Assembly (NCBI GenBank): GCA_964057225.1
Contig: OZ059897.1
Location: 6,758,001 to 6,822,000 of the forward strand
Source of the DNA: Auanema rhodensis
Lineage: Eukaryota > Animalia > Nematoda
DNA length: 64,000 bases
Direction: 5' to 3'
Shown here: one piece after another, positions 1 to 14,529 of the stretch
How the letters are laid out: each line of letters opens with the position of its first letter
Numbering within the stretch: position 1 is the stretch's first letter
Translations under genes and position numbers: made by a program
Notes under the pieces: generated by a model
Database searches by the model: none
What the model saw: only the letters and a program-made list of their open reading frames with translations
What the model was told of the DNA's origin: nothing

Positions 1-456
1 AATAACTTCAATTCAAAGCACTGAAATAGAATGTAAAATGTACACAAAAAGAAAAAAAGATGAATAACACATTTTTACTTTGCTAGATTTGAGTGGGAAT
101 CAGAAAGTACAGTACAAGAATAGATTGATAGAGAGAGAGGGAGAGAGTTAAAAGAGAGAGAGAAAGACAGAAAGCAAAGTATTGAAAGAGTGGGTGGTTG
201 AGAGGGCGAGGGGGTGGAGAAAAACTAAAATAAGGTATTAACTATTTAATATTACAATTCTTAATATTATTAGTATTTATGTTTACAAGTGTTCAAGAGA
301 TAAAACTATAATTTATGGTTTTGTAGTCTACTTCCTCTCGCTCTCATCAAAACAAATAAACACAAATACATAAATATTAGAATTAGTTTTTATAAGAAAT
401 TAAAAATTGAAAGGAAAAAATAGAAAAGAAAAGAGTGGACTTGTGTGTATGAGGAT

Positions 457-502
<46 letters not shown>

Positions 503-3155
503 TGCCATATATAATATATATCTATATATACATATGCATGTTGTACATGTATGTATGTGTGTTGCCACAGAAAAAGAGGAAAAAAAGTTAAGTCATCAAA
601 GTAATGAACAACATATGAAGTTGCTCAGACGAAAACACAAAGACAAATTTTGCTCTCAAAGTTTTATTTCATCGTATTATTCAAGAATACGTAGATATAA
701 TAATTTGAATAAATATTATTTTCACTTTAAACTTGAATAACGATGATGAAGACGACATTGGTGATGAGATGATGAAGGTAGGGCAGAAAGACGACGATGA
801 CGACGACGACAGCGACATCGCCGGCAACGAAGATGAAAAGAATTTGTCCTGAAGTTAGGCCACAACGAATGGTAATATTATTCTCTCGTACACACATATA
901 CATATGTATTAATAAGTTTCTACATCTCATCTCCTTTTTTTCTATTTTTACTTCATAATTTCTATTTTCTAATAAAATCCTTATTAAAAAAAAACATCTA
1001 CACAACATAGTATATGTGAACAGTGAAGAATATAATATATAATATTCGTTATAGGCATACATACATGGATATACATATATGTGTATACATATTGCAGCTG
1101 AAGCTGGATCATAGAAGGTTAAGTTGACGATATATCCGCCGTTTTCGATTATAAATATATTTTTTTTCAAAACCAAAGTAAGTGGATGCCCCTAAAGACC
1201 TCTATTCAGGTGTTATTTTGAAAGCTCGCTTCCATATACATTTTGTTTGCGAGAGTTTAACTATCCCAACTAATTTCTCCAATTGTGACGGCTAAAATAC
1301 AAAGTTCGAAAATACAAAGTTGGAAAAAAGTTGATATATTCCATATGTTGATGATTACTACTTACAGAGCTGAAATGTGCTCTAGAGCTCCCCAAAAGGC
1401 TGAAAATCATAGGAAATTAAATTGGAAAATCAATAGTTGATCGGCTCGTTAATTTAATTAATTAGTTTCAGTTCTTTAGTATTGGGACTATAGTGTCTAT
1501 AATACTATAATAGAGATAGATAAGACAATTAGGATGATGTCACTGAGGTTGACAGATCGAGAGAGAGAGAGAGAGAGAGACAGAGAGGGGAATATCTTTA
1601 AAAGTGAATTGAATGAATTGTCCTTTAAATGCTATTTCTTAGAAACATTAAATGAACTTAAAAAAGGTTAAATAATAAAAATCATTGTATAAATATATGA
1701 ATGTATTGAGAAAAATCTATCAGAAAACTTTAAAATAACATTTTCGTTCATTCCTTTGAGTTCGTGGGATCAAACTTCAACCTGAATTCAATGTTGACTA
1801 TGAATGATCAGAAAACATTATGTATTTATTTGATTTTCTTCAAGTTTTTCAAGAACTAAATAAAAAAAACAATTGCTTTTGCCTATAAGAGAAAAGCTAA
1901 TGCTGCTTCACGCTAAGGGCTTAATGATTTATGAGTTCTCTGTACTTTTCCGGCGAAAATCATGTATCCATGCATCACATATTGCCAGTTTATTTGTATT
2001 TTCCAAACTATTATAAGTATATTTCTTGTTGAAATTAATTTATTATAGTTTTATGGAAAAAATACAACCTAATTATATGTAATTTACATATAGTTAGGCT
2101 TATATATATCCTTCTCTTTGAGCATATTTTTGAAGAAATTACTACAGATAAGATATTTATTATTCTATTAGAATGATAAATGTTTATCCAAACATTATTA
2201 AAAATGCTGTATTCTAAGCTGTATAAATGAGATATGAAGGAAGAAAAAAAGAAAAGAAAAACTTTGCTTATATGTATGTATGTATGTGTTCATTCCACGT
2301 GTATATGAAGTTAGTTATGCATTTTGAACTAAGTATTTGATACAAATGAGCTTATGTAGAAATCTATCCAAACTTATTTTTGAAAAAAAAAAAAGAAAAA
2401 AAGGAAGAAAAAAGGAAAATTAATTCAAGGAACGATGATAAAAATTGGACATGAGAACAATAATATACGAAGATGAGATGAGAATGTATTCATGTACATA
2501 TGTGTAGGGAGCATATAAGCTCAGGAGTATAGGCCATAAAGCTTGTGACGATTACTTCCTATAGCCGTACAAAATTTGAAGTAGTAGTCATTATTGGTAG
2601 ATAGTATAACAATAAAAGAAGAAAAAGCAACAATCAGTTGCATAACTCATTGAATGACTGAATCGAAGAAAAAAAAGAAAACAAAAAAAATGAAATAAAG
2701 GAAGAAAATAAGAAAAAAAAAAGAAGACGATTATGGTCAACTATGGAGATGCACGTATTCGATAGTATAGCTCAAATACCTTGAAAAGGATTATCGGATA
2801 ATTATGTTTAAAACATCAGAGCATTGCTTACTTATTGGGAAAATAAGAGAAGTTTCCAAAAAAAATGTTCTGACAAAGATTCTTTTGCTTTACATTTTTC
2901 TTTTTTTTGATAGTTGCTTATTATGAAAAGATTTTTCGTTTTGTTACAATCTAGAGAAACATTGCTAAACGCACGAGTTTGTTTCTAAAAGTCCGGAAGT
3001 TATTCTTTCGGAGGTCTGGTAGAATACTTTGTTTCTTCATAAATATATTTTTTTTATTCTGGAGCAAGCAATAGGCTATAACACAGAGAATGATAAGAAG
3101 AGAAGGAGGTGAAGTAGTAAAGGATGGAAGAAGAGGTAAAGAGAAAGTAAACACT

Positions 3156-3207
<52 letters not shown>

Positions 3208-3241
3208 AAGGCAAAATAGACTGAGGAGTAAAGAGAGAGGT

Positions 3242-3315
3242 AAAAATAGACAGAGGGGTAACGAGAGACCTAAAATAGACAGAGGGGTAACGAGAGACCT
3301 AAAATAGACGGAGGG
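3242..3315. repeat. Tandem repeat, about 29-bp unit x about 2.5
   Basis: (T)AAAATAGACAGAGGGGTAACGAGAGACC occurs twice, followed by a partial copy. Confidence 0.85.
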
Positions 3316-4254
3316 AAAAAGAGAGAGAGGAAGAGAGACGTACAAAGAAAGGTAAAAAGTGAAGTGAAGAAAGAGGTAAAGGGAAAGGTGAAGAAATAGA
3401 GTGATAAAGCAAGAGAGGGAGATGAAGAGGGAGAGAGAGAGAAAGAGAGAGAGAAACGCTCGGAGAAATATTAGTTAACTAATAAATAGAAACTAAAGCA
3501 AGAGAAAACTATATTGAATCTCGGGCCAAAAGATTATATAAAATCTTAAAAGTTTTAACGTATAAAGAAACATGTAAAAGAAAGAAAAACTATAATTTGT
3601 ATGATGAAAAGCATAGCTAAAAGTGCTTTTAATTTGTAAAGCGCTTGAGTTTCCCTTTTCTAATTTCTTCTCTCTGAGCAGAAAGTTCAAGTAAAATGTT
3701 GAAACATAAAAGAAAAGGAGCATAACATGACGAGACACATGTATATATTTGGGGAAACAAGAGTGAGATACAGCTACTCATCATTTGGTACATTACCAAA
3801 TCAATTGTTAAGTAAATTCGTGAGATTTCAGTGAGAAAGCTTTCTTCAATTATCAAATTAAATGAAGCAAAGGCGAGTCTTGTATTGATCAGAAAATTAA
3901 ATAATGAAATTTGGAAGAGATAAAAGTAGTTGAACCGTATATATTTCAAATCAATCTTCAAGAAAGAATGACTAAGAAATATGTATAATGTAATTTTTTC
4001 AGACTCTGTTTCATTGAAATGGAGAATAATAGAAAATAATGATCATTTTAATAATTGGAGTATTGAGATATGCTATTAATGACACAGATTTTGCAAAAGC
4101 TTTAGATAGAACATGTGTGCCCTTCGTTTGATATGTTGTGATTGAACGGAAGTTCATGATTTTGCAACCTTAATCAACATACTTTGCACAACTGTGTATG
4201 TAAAGAGATAAGAATGGAGAGAAAGGTAAAAGGAAATACAGAGATTGAAAGAAG

Positions 4255-4316
<62 letters not shown>

Positions 4317-6778
4317 AGGAGGGGTATGAGGAAGCAAACTGCTACGGAAGTACGATAGAGGAAAAATCTGAAAGCTATGAATTTAGGAAGTGAAGAAGTG
4401 TTTTAAGAATACAAAATAGACACATGACATGGTGACGACGAAAAATGAAGACGAAGAGCAGCAGTTTGAAGAAGGAAATTGAGTTAGTAAATGGTTTGGA
4501 GTCAAAGAATTTAATGTTCCTCATCCTTGCTTTGAACATTGAAGGATATGAAAGTAGAAAATAAATAAAAAAACCATAAGAAAAGCTGAAGATATAAAAA
4601 CAGGCAAAACTAGTTAGTTAGAAAGAGAATATACGAAAAGAATAAGTTCAGGAAGAGAGAGATTGAGAGAGAGGAAGAGAGAGAGGAAGAGAGAGAGAGA
4701 GAGCAAGAAACATGAGAAACCAAAATTAGAAATTGTCATAAAGCTTCATTGAAAATGTATTAAATCGAGAAAAAACCATGTGGCAATTGAAACGAAAATA
4801 TTCTCAGGGTTGCGAATTTTCTTGAAATGGACAAATGACCTCAAGTAGCTCCAAAAGAAGCGAAATGAAATGAATTAAAGCCACGCGACGTACCAATAAG
4901 AAGGCATCCTAATCACCTAATTAATCAAACTACAAAGACAATGAACAGTTGAAAATAGAACGAAATTGAAGACTTAGTGAGAGAAGGAAGAGAGTATTTG
5001 TTTGTTTTTTCATAATATATGTATAGTATTACTTATTAATATTATTCGAAATATTTATAATTCTGGGGTCTTATTGTCTTTGCCAATCCCGATTGCTGAA
5101 ATATCCTCTTAGACATGGTTTCAAGCTCAAAGATAATCACATCAGACAACATGCAATTTTTACATTCCGAGCTTTTGAAGCGGAGCGGGAGAGACCATAC
5201 TCGCATGCAAAGTGCATTGTGATCAAAGCTTGAGTAAAATGTGGCAATAAAGTAATAACACGTCAAAAAGAGATTAGGGAAAGGAATATGAAAGCAGATT
5301 GAGAGTAGGTAAACGAGAAGCAACAACGCAACCGTTCTCATTGTATTCACAAAAATCAATAAAGTTAACGTGAAACTATTCACGTGAATGACGCTTTAGA
5401 TACTACTGAAAGCGTTTATTCGAAATTAGCATAGAGAATACAACTAAATGGGAGAGACAAAAAGAGTGAAAGAAGCAAAAAAGAATTGTTTTACTATATA
5501 AGGTGGTGGTGTCTAATCGCAGGATGTGAATTATTAGGGAAACAATTTGCAACAACTAAGCAGCATATGAAAGCAAAAGGAAACAGAACAAGCAATAGTA
5601 GGAAAAAGAAGAGCAGAGTTACGTGCATACGAAGCCTATTGGAGCTGAGCTTCAAAGAATGTTTGTGAGAGAAAGAGTAAGAGAGTAAAGAGGGGGAGAG
5701 AGAGAGAGAAGAAAAGAAGGAGGGAAATAGTGAGAAATGAACGGGAGAGAAAAGAAAAAAGAAAGAACGATACTGGTAAAATTGTAAATAAAACAACAAA
5801 CATTCGTCATGATTTGTGATAATTTAGCAAAAAACTATTAAATAGGTTCGGCTATATGAGACGACCATTAGAAAATCATATATTAAATCGAATATTACAT
5901 CATCTAACTATGTTCATAACAAGAGAATATTTTTCGTTTTCGTTCCTTTGTCGTGCAATTCGAGCATTTACGCAAGTAAAAGCAATATACATACCTACAA
6001 ATCTGCTCCGAAGACTCTTAGAGATTGCTGTTATGAGTGCTCGAAAAGCTTAATGTGTAAGGTTTTCAATCAAAGGAACTATTTTAGGAAAAATAGATAG
6101 TGAAATGCTGTACGAAAGCTTTGCTGCGAAAAGAATGTCGAAAGATGATGCATCTGGATAGGTATATGAGTGAGATAGAGTGAGAGAAAGACAAGTTGAA
6201 AGAACACAAGAACGAAATGGATCGGAAACTTTGAAACCTAAAGCTTGAGGTAATCCATCATCCATCTACCAATGATGAGAAGCTAGTTGACATTCCACTC
6301 TTCAAAGTTTACATAAACAGAAAAAAATTAGAAAAAGACAGTCATCATGAAAACCAAAAAAGGGGGAAATGTTGGAAAAAACGAAAATGGGAAAGCAGAA
6401 GTATGAACGGCCAGATGATGATGATGATGATGAGTCCAAGGGTCAATGAATTCAGCTCATAACATTCATGATTTTTAGCCGGAAATAAGGTAAATAGATC
6501 CTATGATAGGAAGCTGCAATGAAGCAGAAATGATATAATTCATAAGACGTCTGAAGAAATCTGCAAAAAAAGCGATGTAAAGAGATTAGCGTATGGAAAA
6601 AAATTGGAACACAGCAGAGAAGTACTCTCTGCTTTTTCCGAAAGTATTATGTCCAACTTGTTTTGTAGCCATTACTCATATCTTGTTAAATGAAGCTTAA
6701 AAGGAGAAGAGCGGAAATGAAGCTGATCTGTCTGTCGAATAGCTGAATGAACTTCAACATAAAAAAGAAGTGAATGAT

Positions 6779-6830
<52 letters not shown>

Positions 6831-8111
6831 TAAAAAGGTATAGAAGTAACATCCTCAAAGCACTCTGAATTCGCTATTCTTCGCCTTCTTCATCTGCACT
6901 CCCGTGTATCAGTTTATCTCAAAAACAGCGAAAACATATCTTTTTTTTTGCATTTCAACCCATAAAGATGCTGAAAATTGAAAAGAAAACGAATGATCGT
7001 TTGTTTGAAATTCCTTAGGTTTCGTGATAATTTCCTTTTTCGTTTTGAGTCGTAGTTTTCCATGCTAACAGGAACAACTCACGGAATATTTTCATACAAA
7101 GGCAAACGTTCCGAAGGAAACAAATGTTTTTGCAATCAATATTTAAATAAACTTCAGAGTAAGCATTAAGATATATGCACATCAACTACATTTTACAATA
7201 TTTCAAATGATAATCTCTAAGCAATCTTTTGAAATGAACTATTTCTATGTACAAGTTCAATTATAGGACAAGCTCAAAAGTGAAAACGGGATCAAAAAAG
7301 AGAAAATCTAACCTTTTTAGTGAACGAGAAGCTGAGCGAATACTTAATTATTAGAAAATACATTTTTCATACTCAAAACAACATGAAAGTTCTATAGCTT
7401 CGGTTGTATTAAGCTTATCCACGTATGATTTAAGCACATTCATATAGCATATATAGTTGATTGAGATACATGCATATGTTCTTAAAAGAAAAAAAAAGAT
7501 GAAAATACAAAGAATAAACTCTATACTTTTCAAGAAGTTAAGCCATTCGTGAAAAATAGTTGGAAAAAAAGGTTTTTTTTATGGCAAACGTGATACAAGA
7601 TCGTATTATTTTTTTTCTCTAATATGAATACTTTTTAATTAATTTTTTTCCCATGAAAAGCAAATTTTAAAAAAATTATATATAACTTGTTGTTACATCT
7701 ACAAGTTATAGCAAATGTAATACTCACGATTTTCCTTATTTTCATCAATTCCGTAAAACAAAATTTGGCTAAAAAGATTGTAACCAGAAGAATTTCAAAT
7801 TATTCTTTAATTTCAAAAAAATGAGACTTAAAAAATTAAAATGTTCGAAAACAAATAAATAATCGTGTCAAGCAAGATGAGCATTCGAAGAAAAACGGAA
7901 AAAGTACGTTTTATGCTCATAATTTGCAGAAAATAAAAGAAATAAATGGCTTTGAATTGAATTAAAAACTGTTTTATTCAATTTTTCAGTATTTATCATA
8001 CATTACATGAAAAATAAAGAAAAAATAGAAATATCATCATTTATGTTCACTAACATATATGAATTTAATAAATTAAAAGCATTTAATATCATACCCCTCC
8101 CCTTCCTCTAT

Positions 8112-8168
<57 letters not shown>

Positions 8169-11100
8169 GGCTTTACTTAATCCAATTAGAATTAGAAACT
8201 GAAGATAACATATAAATAAAAAAGAAAAGTTCAATATAAAGACTTATAAATAGACATACAAGTAATAGGATAGCTATACTATATAGTTAAGTAATTGATA
8301 AAATAAGTTCAATATTTGAAAAAGCTGTTCAATAGTTATAAAATAACAATTTTTAGAAAAATTAATTGAAAAATAGAGAAATGTAATCACTTAGATTTGG
8401 TTGGAAAAAAATTACCCAAAAATGCTAAACAGAGCAATAGAATAGTTTGTATCGTACTATTTTGTTCCAAAGGTTCGTAAAAAGAAAAGTTTTGATCATT
8501 AAACTATCTATTAGATGATGATGATATAACTATACAAATCATCATTTTCAAATAATTAAATACAGAAAATTCAAATAATTCCTCGTTTTTTGGCTAAAAA
8601 AAATGGAACTTTTACGTACCAGAAATTACTTAATTAAGAAAAATGAATGAAAAAAAAGAAGGAAGAGTTTGAGGCCTTAATAACAAAGAAAAATATCAGA
8701 AAAGTGATTATGGAAATTGTGGCTGAGACATAAAACATGATCAGAAGATATAGATAATTCATGTTCATACTTAACTTTATAACTACTTTAGTAATAATAT
8801 TCAGGAAGAAAAAACTATTTTTGTTCATAAATATTTCAATTGTAATAAATTAAAATGTGTAAAACAGTTGAACAGAGTAAGGCTATTATGCTTTAAAATA
8901 AGATTCTGTAAAGCAGTACTATTTGCGGTATTGTGAAGAAAAAAAGAAAAGAACGGCGACTACGAGGGAATTCAATAACCTAAGTTTCAAAAAGGGGACA
9001 TGCTAATCAGCTTAAAAACTACAAGGAACTAATCTAGTTTGAGGAACAGAAATAGAACTGAACTTCAGTTTCCTATTACAGCTTACAGCATGTTATTGGG
9101 ATGCGTGGTGTTTATGAACGAACTTAGTAATACCGTGCATTAATGTAATTTGTGTGAAAACCATTTTAATTTTATTATTTTAAAATAAATTGTTTCAAAA
9201 ACTTCAAATTTAAAGTTGAAAAATCAACATAAATGACAAAAAGAGGGAAAAGGGAAACAGTGAAAAAATGAGAAAGGAAGAGCGAGAAATAGGAGAAGAA
9301 GAAGATGAAAGAGGGGGTGGTGGCTGAGAAAAGACGAACAAAAAAGATTTGACGGAAGGAGGGGTCAGTGACTAGCAACCGTTCAACACGAATGTATAGA
9401 GGACAATGGCAATGGCGAAGAATAATGTCACGTGTGCACGTGTGCACGTGAAAAACATGTGAAATATGCGGTGTGATTTAGATATCTTAGAACTAATGAT
9501 TTAGAAAAATCATTTATAAGCTCTATATCTACATATTCTTCGTTTTATAGCATGATATACGAAGTATAGTAGTAGTTTCTCACTAAATGGACATGGTTCA
9601 TTCAGCTCAGAAAGTGAGTCGCCCATTTCAGTCTCAATTTCATCTTAATTTGGCCAAAATGGTTATGTTAGATTAGGCCATGAAAAGAGAGAGAGAAAAA
9701 AAACAATGAAGTACCAGGAATAGAAACGCTTTCATGGAATAATCTAGTGGGAATATCAAAAGTTAAATGTAGAACATTGAATATACTAGTTGATGTAGTT
9801 CTTTTTCACCCTTTTTTTTGAATATTTCAACAATTCATGCTGGATGTATGCAATGAATTTTGAGAAGAAAAAAGCTCGGAAAGTAATGAATGAGAAGTTC
9901 GAAAATAGGAAAACATATGATACACAGAAATTGGCTGAAATTCTTTTAATCAACTTTAAAGAAATAAATATTTTTTGGCCAAAACAATGAGGATTTATAA
10001 GGCAATATAACAATGACCGCGTTTACGAACATCCTTTTCAAATTTCAATTATACATAAGCTTCATTGTACTTTTTGTGATACATTCACTTATTTAGCTTA
10101 AACAAAGTAAAAATATACGGAAATAGAAGTATTTAATCTTTGAAATGATGGATGAAAGAGGGTAATTCTTCGTTGCATCGAAATCTCATGGAATTAAACA
10201 TTTTATTTGATAGAATATTTCCATGAATTGACTCAGATTCAAGAAGATAAAAATCTTGAAAACTGAGAGAAAAAGTGTATTAAGGTTTAAGGTTCGTTTC
10301 AAAAGATAATAGATCATCAGGGTATTATATGTTACAGCATTGGTGGTCGTTAAAATAGCACAAAAAAGTAGCGAGTGAGATAGAGGTAGAGAGGGAAATA
10401 GGAAGAGAGAAAGAGAGATAAAATCGACATATCGCGAATAAAGCACATTGCACACAAGGGGAAAAGTGAGGTCATATTCTTCACCTTCTGATGTTCTGTC
10501 AATTTGTTCATTTAATAATTCGAAAAGCAAAAATTAGAGTGAAATGATTGACGCTTTAACAACTGCCAATGATGACTGAAAATTCATCAAAAGCATTTAG
10601 AGCAAATTAGAACTTTAAACTTGAAAAAGTTGATAAAAAGCATATAACAACTCGAGTTGAAATGAATTTTTTGATGGAAAGTCGTCATTATTTGAAATTA
10701 TAATTAAGTTCACCAGCTCAACTCAACGACCAGTGACAACTGACAAAAATCTCAAGGTGTTCCTCAATATCAAATAAGCTAACAAGCTTCGGATAACGAC
10801 AGCTAAGCTCAACTACCTACAGATTGTATTACCTAAAAAAAATCTTTTTATTGTGATCAGGTAGAGAAGTAAAGTGAGAGAGCGATAAACACAATTAGAA
10901 TTACCATAACCTTATTTAAAAATAAATAGAAAAAAAAAAGAAAAATACATGAGAATATCTACAATTACATTCTTCAATTAATAATTATTTCTTTTATTTT
11001 AAAAATATCTATAAAAATAGTATAAAAACATATTTATTTTACATATATTATTCTTTTTTTATAATTATGATGTGAAATATCTTACCTATATTATCTTACA

Positions 11101-11934
11101 AACTATAATAATTTATATAATTCTTTTGGTATTAGAAAAAAAATATTTCAACTTCTTTCTTGTTGTTAGTAGCTGGTTTATACTAATCCAGGACTTGGTT
11201 TATTTATTTTTCTTTCTTTCAGTTGTTTAAGAACTAAACACAAAAAGTACAAAAGAGGAACAAAAAATTAAAAATGGATTAAGATGTATATGAATGTTTG
11301 AATATTCAAAATAATATTTAAACTTCAAAAGATTATAAATTGAATATACATTGTCATGCTTTCCAATTATTGTACTCTCTCTCTCTTTCTCTCTCTCTTT
11401 CTTTCTCTCTCAATCAACAACTAAAAGGGAACATACAATGCATGAACTTCCTTTCGGGGAACATCTATAATTTATTGTTAAAAAAAAAGAAGAAAAAAAC
11501 TTTAAAACTTACTCTAATTCAATAAACTTTAACAAATGTTATAATAAATGCTTGTTAAACTTTGTTTTTTCTTCTAAAGTACACAACTTAACTTGTAAAT
11601 ATTCAATATATTTCTTCTATTTTAAGATAGTAAATGAAAGACATCATTGATAATAACAATTCTCTAAGCAGTGTTTCGTATTTCACGATTAAAGACATAA
11701 CTACAATATAGTTTGAACTTTATTGATTAAATGATTATCACTTCACAACTTATAGAGAAAAGTCTGAAGTTTGGAACAAATCATACATATGATAGTCATG
11801 TTTTACAATTTAAATTATTTCAGTTTGCCTCATTCAAAATCATCTCATTTCTCTCTTTATACTATAATTTATGAACTTTCTATTTACACATTTATATTTT
11901 GTATGTTTCAATAATTATTTTAAGAAAATCAGAT

Positions 11935-13789
11935 ATGAAGTACGAATATCAATTTTTGAAAGTGGAATCGCTTAACAACTATGTTGTTAATGTGGCACTG
12001 AATCGTCCAAAACAACTAAATGCTTTGAACGATAAAATCTGGCTGTAAGTGATTTTTCTATTTATTTTCGTTTTTTTTTGATAAAATAGAGAGCTTTTTA
12101 ATAAAAAAGTTTTGAAATAGTAGAGTTAATGGTGATAATAATGATGTAATGTCTTAAGTAACGCTAGGAAATATTAAATTAATTTGTTGATTTTTATATA
12201 ATTTTTTATATTTTTTTGAAGATTTTACTAAGAGAAAAGAATTTGTAAAAATTTTTCAAAGATGTTGTTTGAACAAGAAAATTGTTAATTCAACATAAAG
12301 GTTATTTGTTTTTATGCATGAAGAAGCAATTTTGGAAAAAATGTAAAAAGAATCTTCGACTCATAACATTTATTTTTAAAATTTCAAGAGTATCCTTTTA
12401 TGAACTCTCAACTTTCGTCATAAAACTCTTAAACATGTTCGAATACAAAGGATTTTTTAATTTCATTTTTAGAAAAAAAAATAGTTAATAGATAGCATAA
12501 TCTTATAGTGAAATTGGCGATGTTTTCAAAAAATTGGATGATGATGTTGATTGTCGAGCTGTTATCTTAAGTGGAGAAGGACGTGCTTTTTCCTCTGGAT
12601 TAGATTTAAAAGGTTATTAAGTAATATTAGTGAAAATAAGAAACAACACATGCATACAGGGGATTTGGGCTTTTTGACTCAATATGAGGAAGGCCAGGAT
12701 GTTGCTCGTAAAGGACGAGAGCTTCGCAAAAAAATACTGGAAATGCAGTCAGCTTTTACGAATATTGAAAAAGTCTGTTTAGATATATTTATATCGTTTT
12801 ATCTTGATGTGATGGAATAAAAAAAATATTTTTGTTGCAGTGCTCCAAGCCGGTCATAGCAGCTATTCATGGAGTTTGTTATGGTGCTGGTATTGATATG
12901 ACATCAGCTTGTGATATTAGATACTGTAGCAATGATGCAGTTTTTGCCGTAAAAGTGAGCAAATGTTTTGAAGTAGACGTTACTTTTAAAATAAAATAGT
13001 TGAAGGAGTTTATGATAAAATGGAAGAAAATAAATAGTAGATATACATAATATAAGCTGAGTAACAAGTTTTCAGGAAGTTGATATTGGTATGGCTGCTG
13101 ATGTAGGCACTTTGAATCGTTTGCCAAAAATTTGCGGCAATGGCAGCTGGATCAAGGAGGTACTACGAGCTTAGAAATTGAACAAGAAATGTGGTGATTG
13201 TTTTCAGATTTGCATTACTGGACGTTTGTTCAATGCAGAAGAAGCAGCTCAACAAGGTGATGCAAAAATTTGAAAAAGAAATGAATTCAATCTGGCTGCT
13301 TAGGTTATGTGTCCAGAGTCTTGCCTACAAAAGAGATTTTATATGCGGAGGCGCTAAAAACAGCTGAGCTGATATGCACAAAGAGCCCAGTAGCTACGCA
13401 GGGAACAAAGGTTTAAACATTAATTTCAAGATTATTCGCAGTAATTGTCTGATAATTTGCTTTTTTTGCATGATTGCACTTTACTTATGTGATCAGTTCA
13501 CGTGAATTGTTCACGTGACCATCATTTAGCGAATGAGTAGACGCGTGAAACGGTTGAGTTATAACATCCATTGTTTCAGATTGTTCTAAATTACGCCCGA
13601 GATCACAGCATTGATGAAAGTTTGAATTTTGTGGTAAATTATTTGAAAACTTTTCGATTTGACTATACATGAAAGTGATTTTCCTTCTAGGCCACATGGA
13701 ATTCATCTCAACTACTTACTGATGATATTCTGAAGAGTGCAATGGCATCAATGAGTAAAAGCCCTTTACCACCTTTCTCTAAGCTATAG
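11935..13789 (+). CDS. ECH1: Delta(3,5)-Delta(2,4)-dienoyl-CoA isomerase (ECH1-like, crotonase family), spliced, C-terminal PTS1 (SKL)
   Basis: Manual splicing gives MKYEYQFLKV..LNRPKQLNAL..CRAVILSGEGRAFSSGLDL..CSKPVIAAIHGVCYGAGIDMTSACDIRYC..KEVDIGMAADVGTLNRLPKICGN..KSPVATQGTK..LNYARDHSIDESL..PPFSKL*. All introns are GT-AG, and the EVDIGxAADVGTL signature of the ECH1 subfamily is present. Confidence 0.93.
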
Positions 13790-14529
13790 ATGAACGGAAA
13801 AAAAAAGTATTTTTCCCTCCAAATAAAAATAAAGAAACAAGCAAATAGTTATTTCTTATTCACTACATAGAATTTATACTATTTTTGTATAAAATTGAAT
13901 ATTTTATTGAATTTATTGAATGCAATAGTTAAGAGAAAATGATGTGAGTTGTCTGTCTGTCTGTCTTTTCGTTCAGCATTCTATATCTTTGTATTCAATA
14001 TTTTTTCTTTTTTTTCTTGTTCATATAAAAAGTATTAAATATCAAAATTCTTTTATTTATTATATTTATAATACAAAACAAATATGAATTAAAGTTCAAA
14101 ATTATTTTTTTTCTTCTTCTTTTTTTTTTTTACAAAAAAAATCACTTGTGGTCAACATTGACTGACTAACGTGAGCAGGATGTCATTACATGATCCAACA
14201 TTACAGAATGAGTTTTTTTTACTAAAAAACATCAAAATACTTATTGTTTGCTTATTTTTCTTCGTAATTTAGAGATATATTGGAGTACATAGTACATACT
14301 AATACAAGCCTAACAGCTTATTCAATGGAAATCAAAATCCAATGCAAATGATAACGATAAATGATAATTATGATGATGATGATGATGATGTTGAAAATGA
14401 TAATGATGTAGATTGTTGGATAAAAAATTGCGTATTCATATCATATAAACACTTTTTTCAGTGCTGATCTATAGAACTATTTAAACTTTTTTCTGTTTTT
14501 TATGTATTTTAATTTGAAAATTATTTTCT

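Noticed and set aside
383-10530. Many ORFs of 60-150 aa in the track (SLSLSL, RERERE, F/L/I-rich)
   Set aside because: They are translations of microsatellites and AT-rich low-complexity DNA, with no splice-consistent gene model or recognisable domain.
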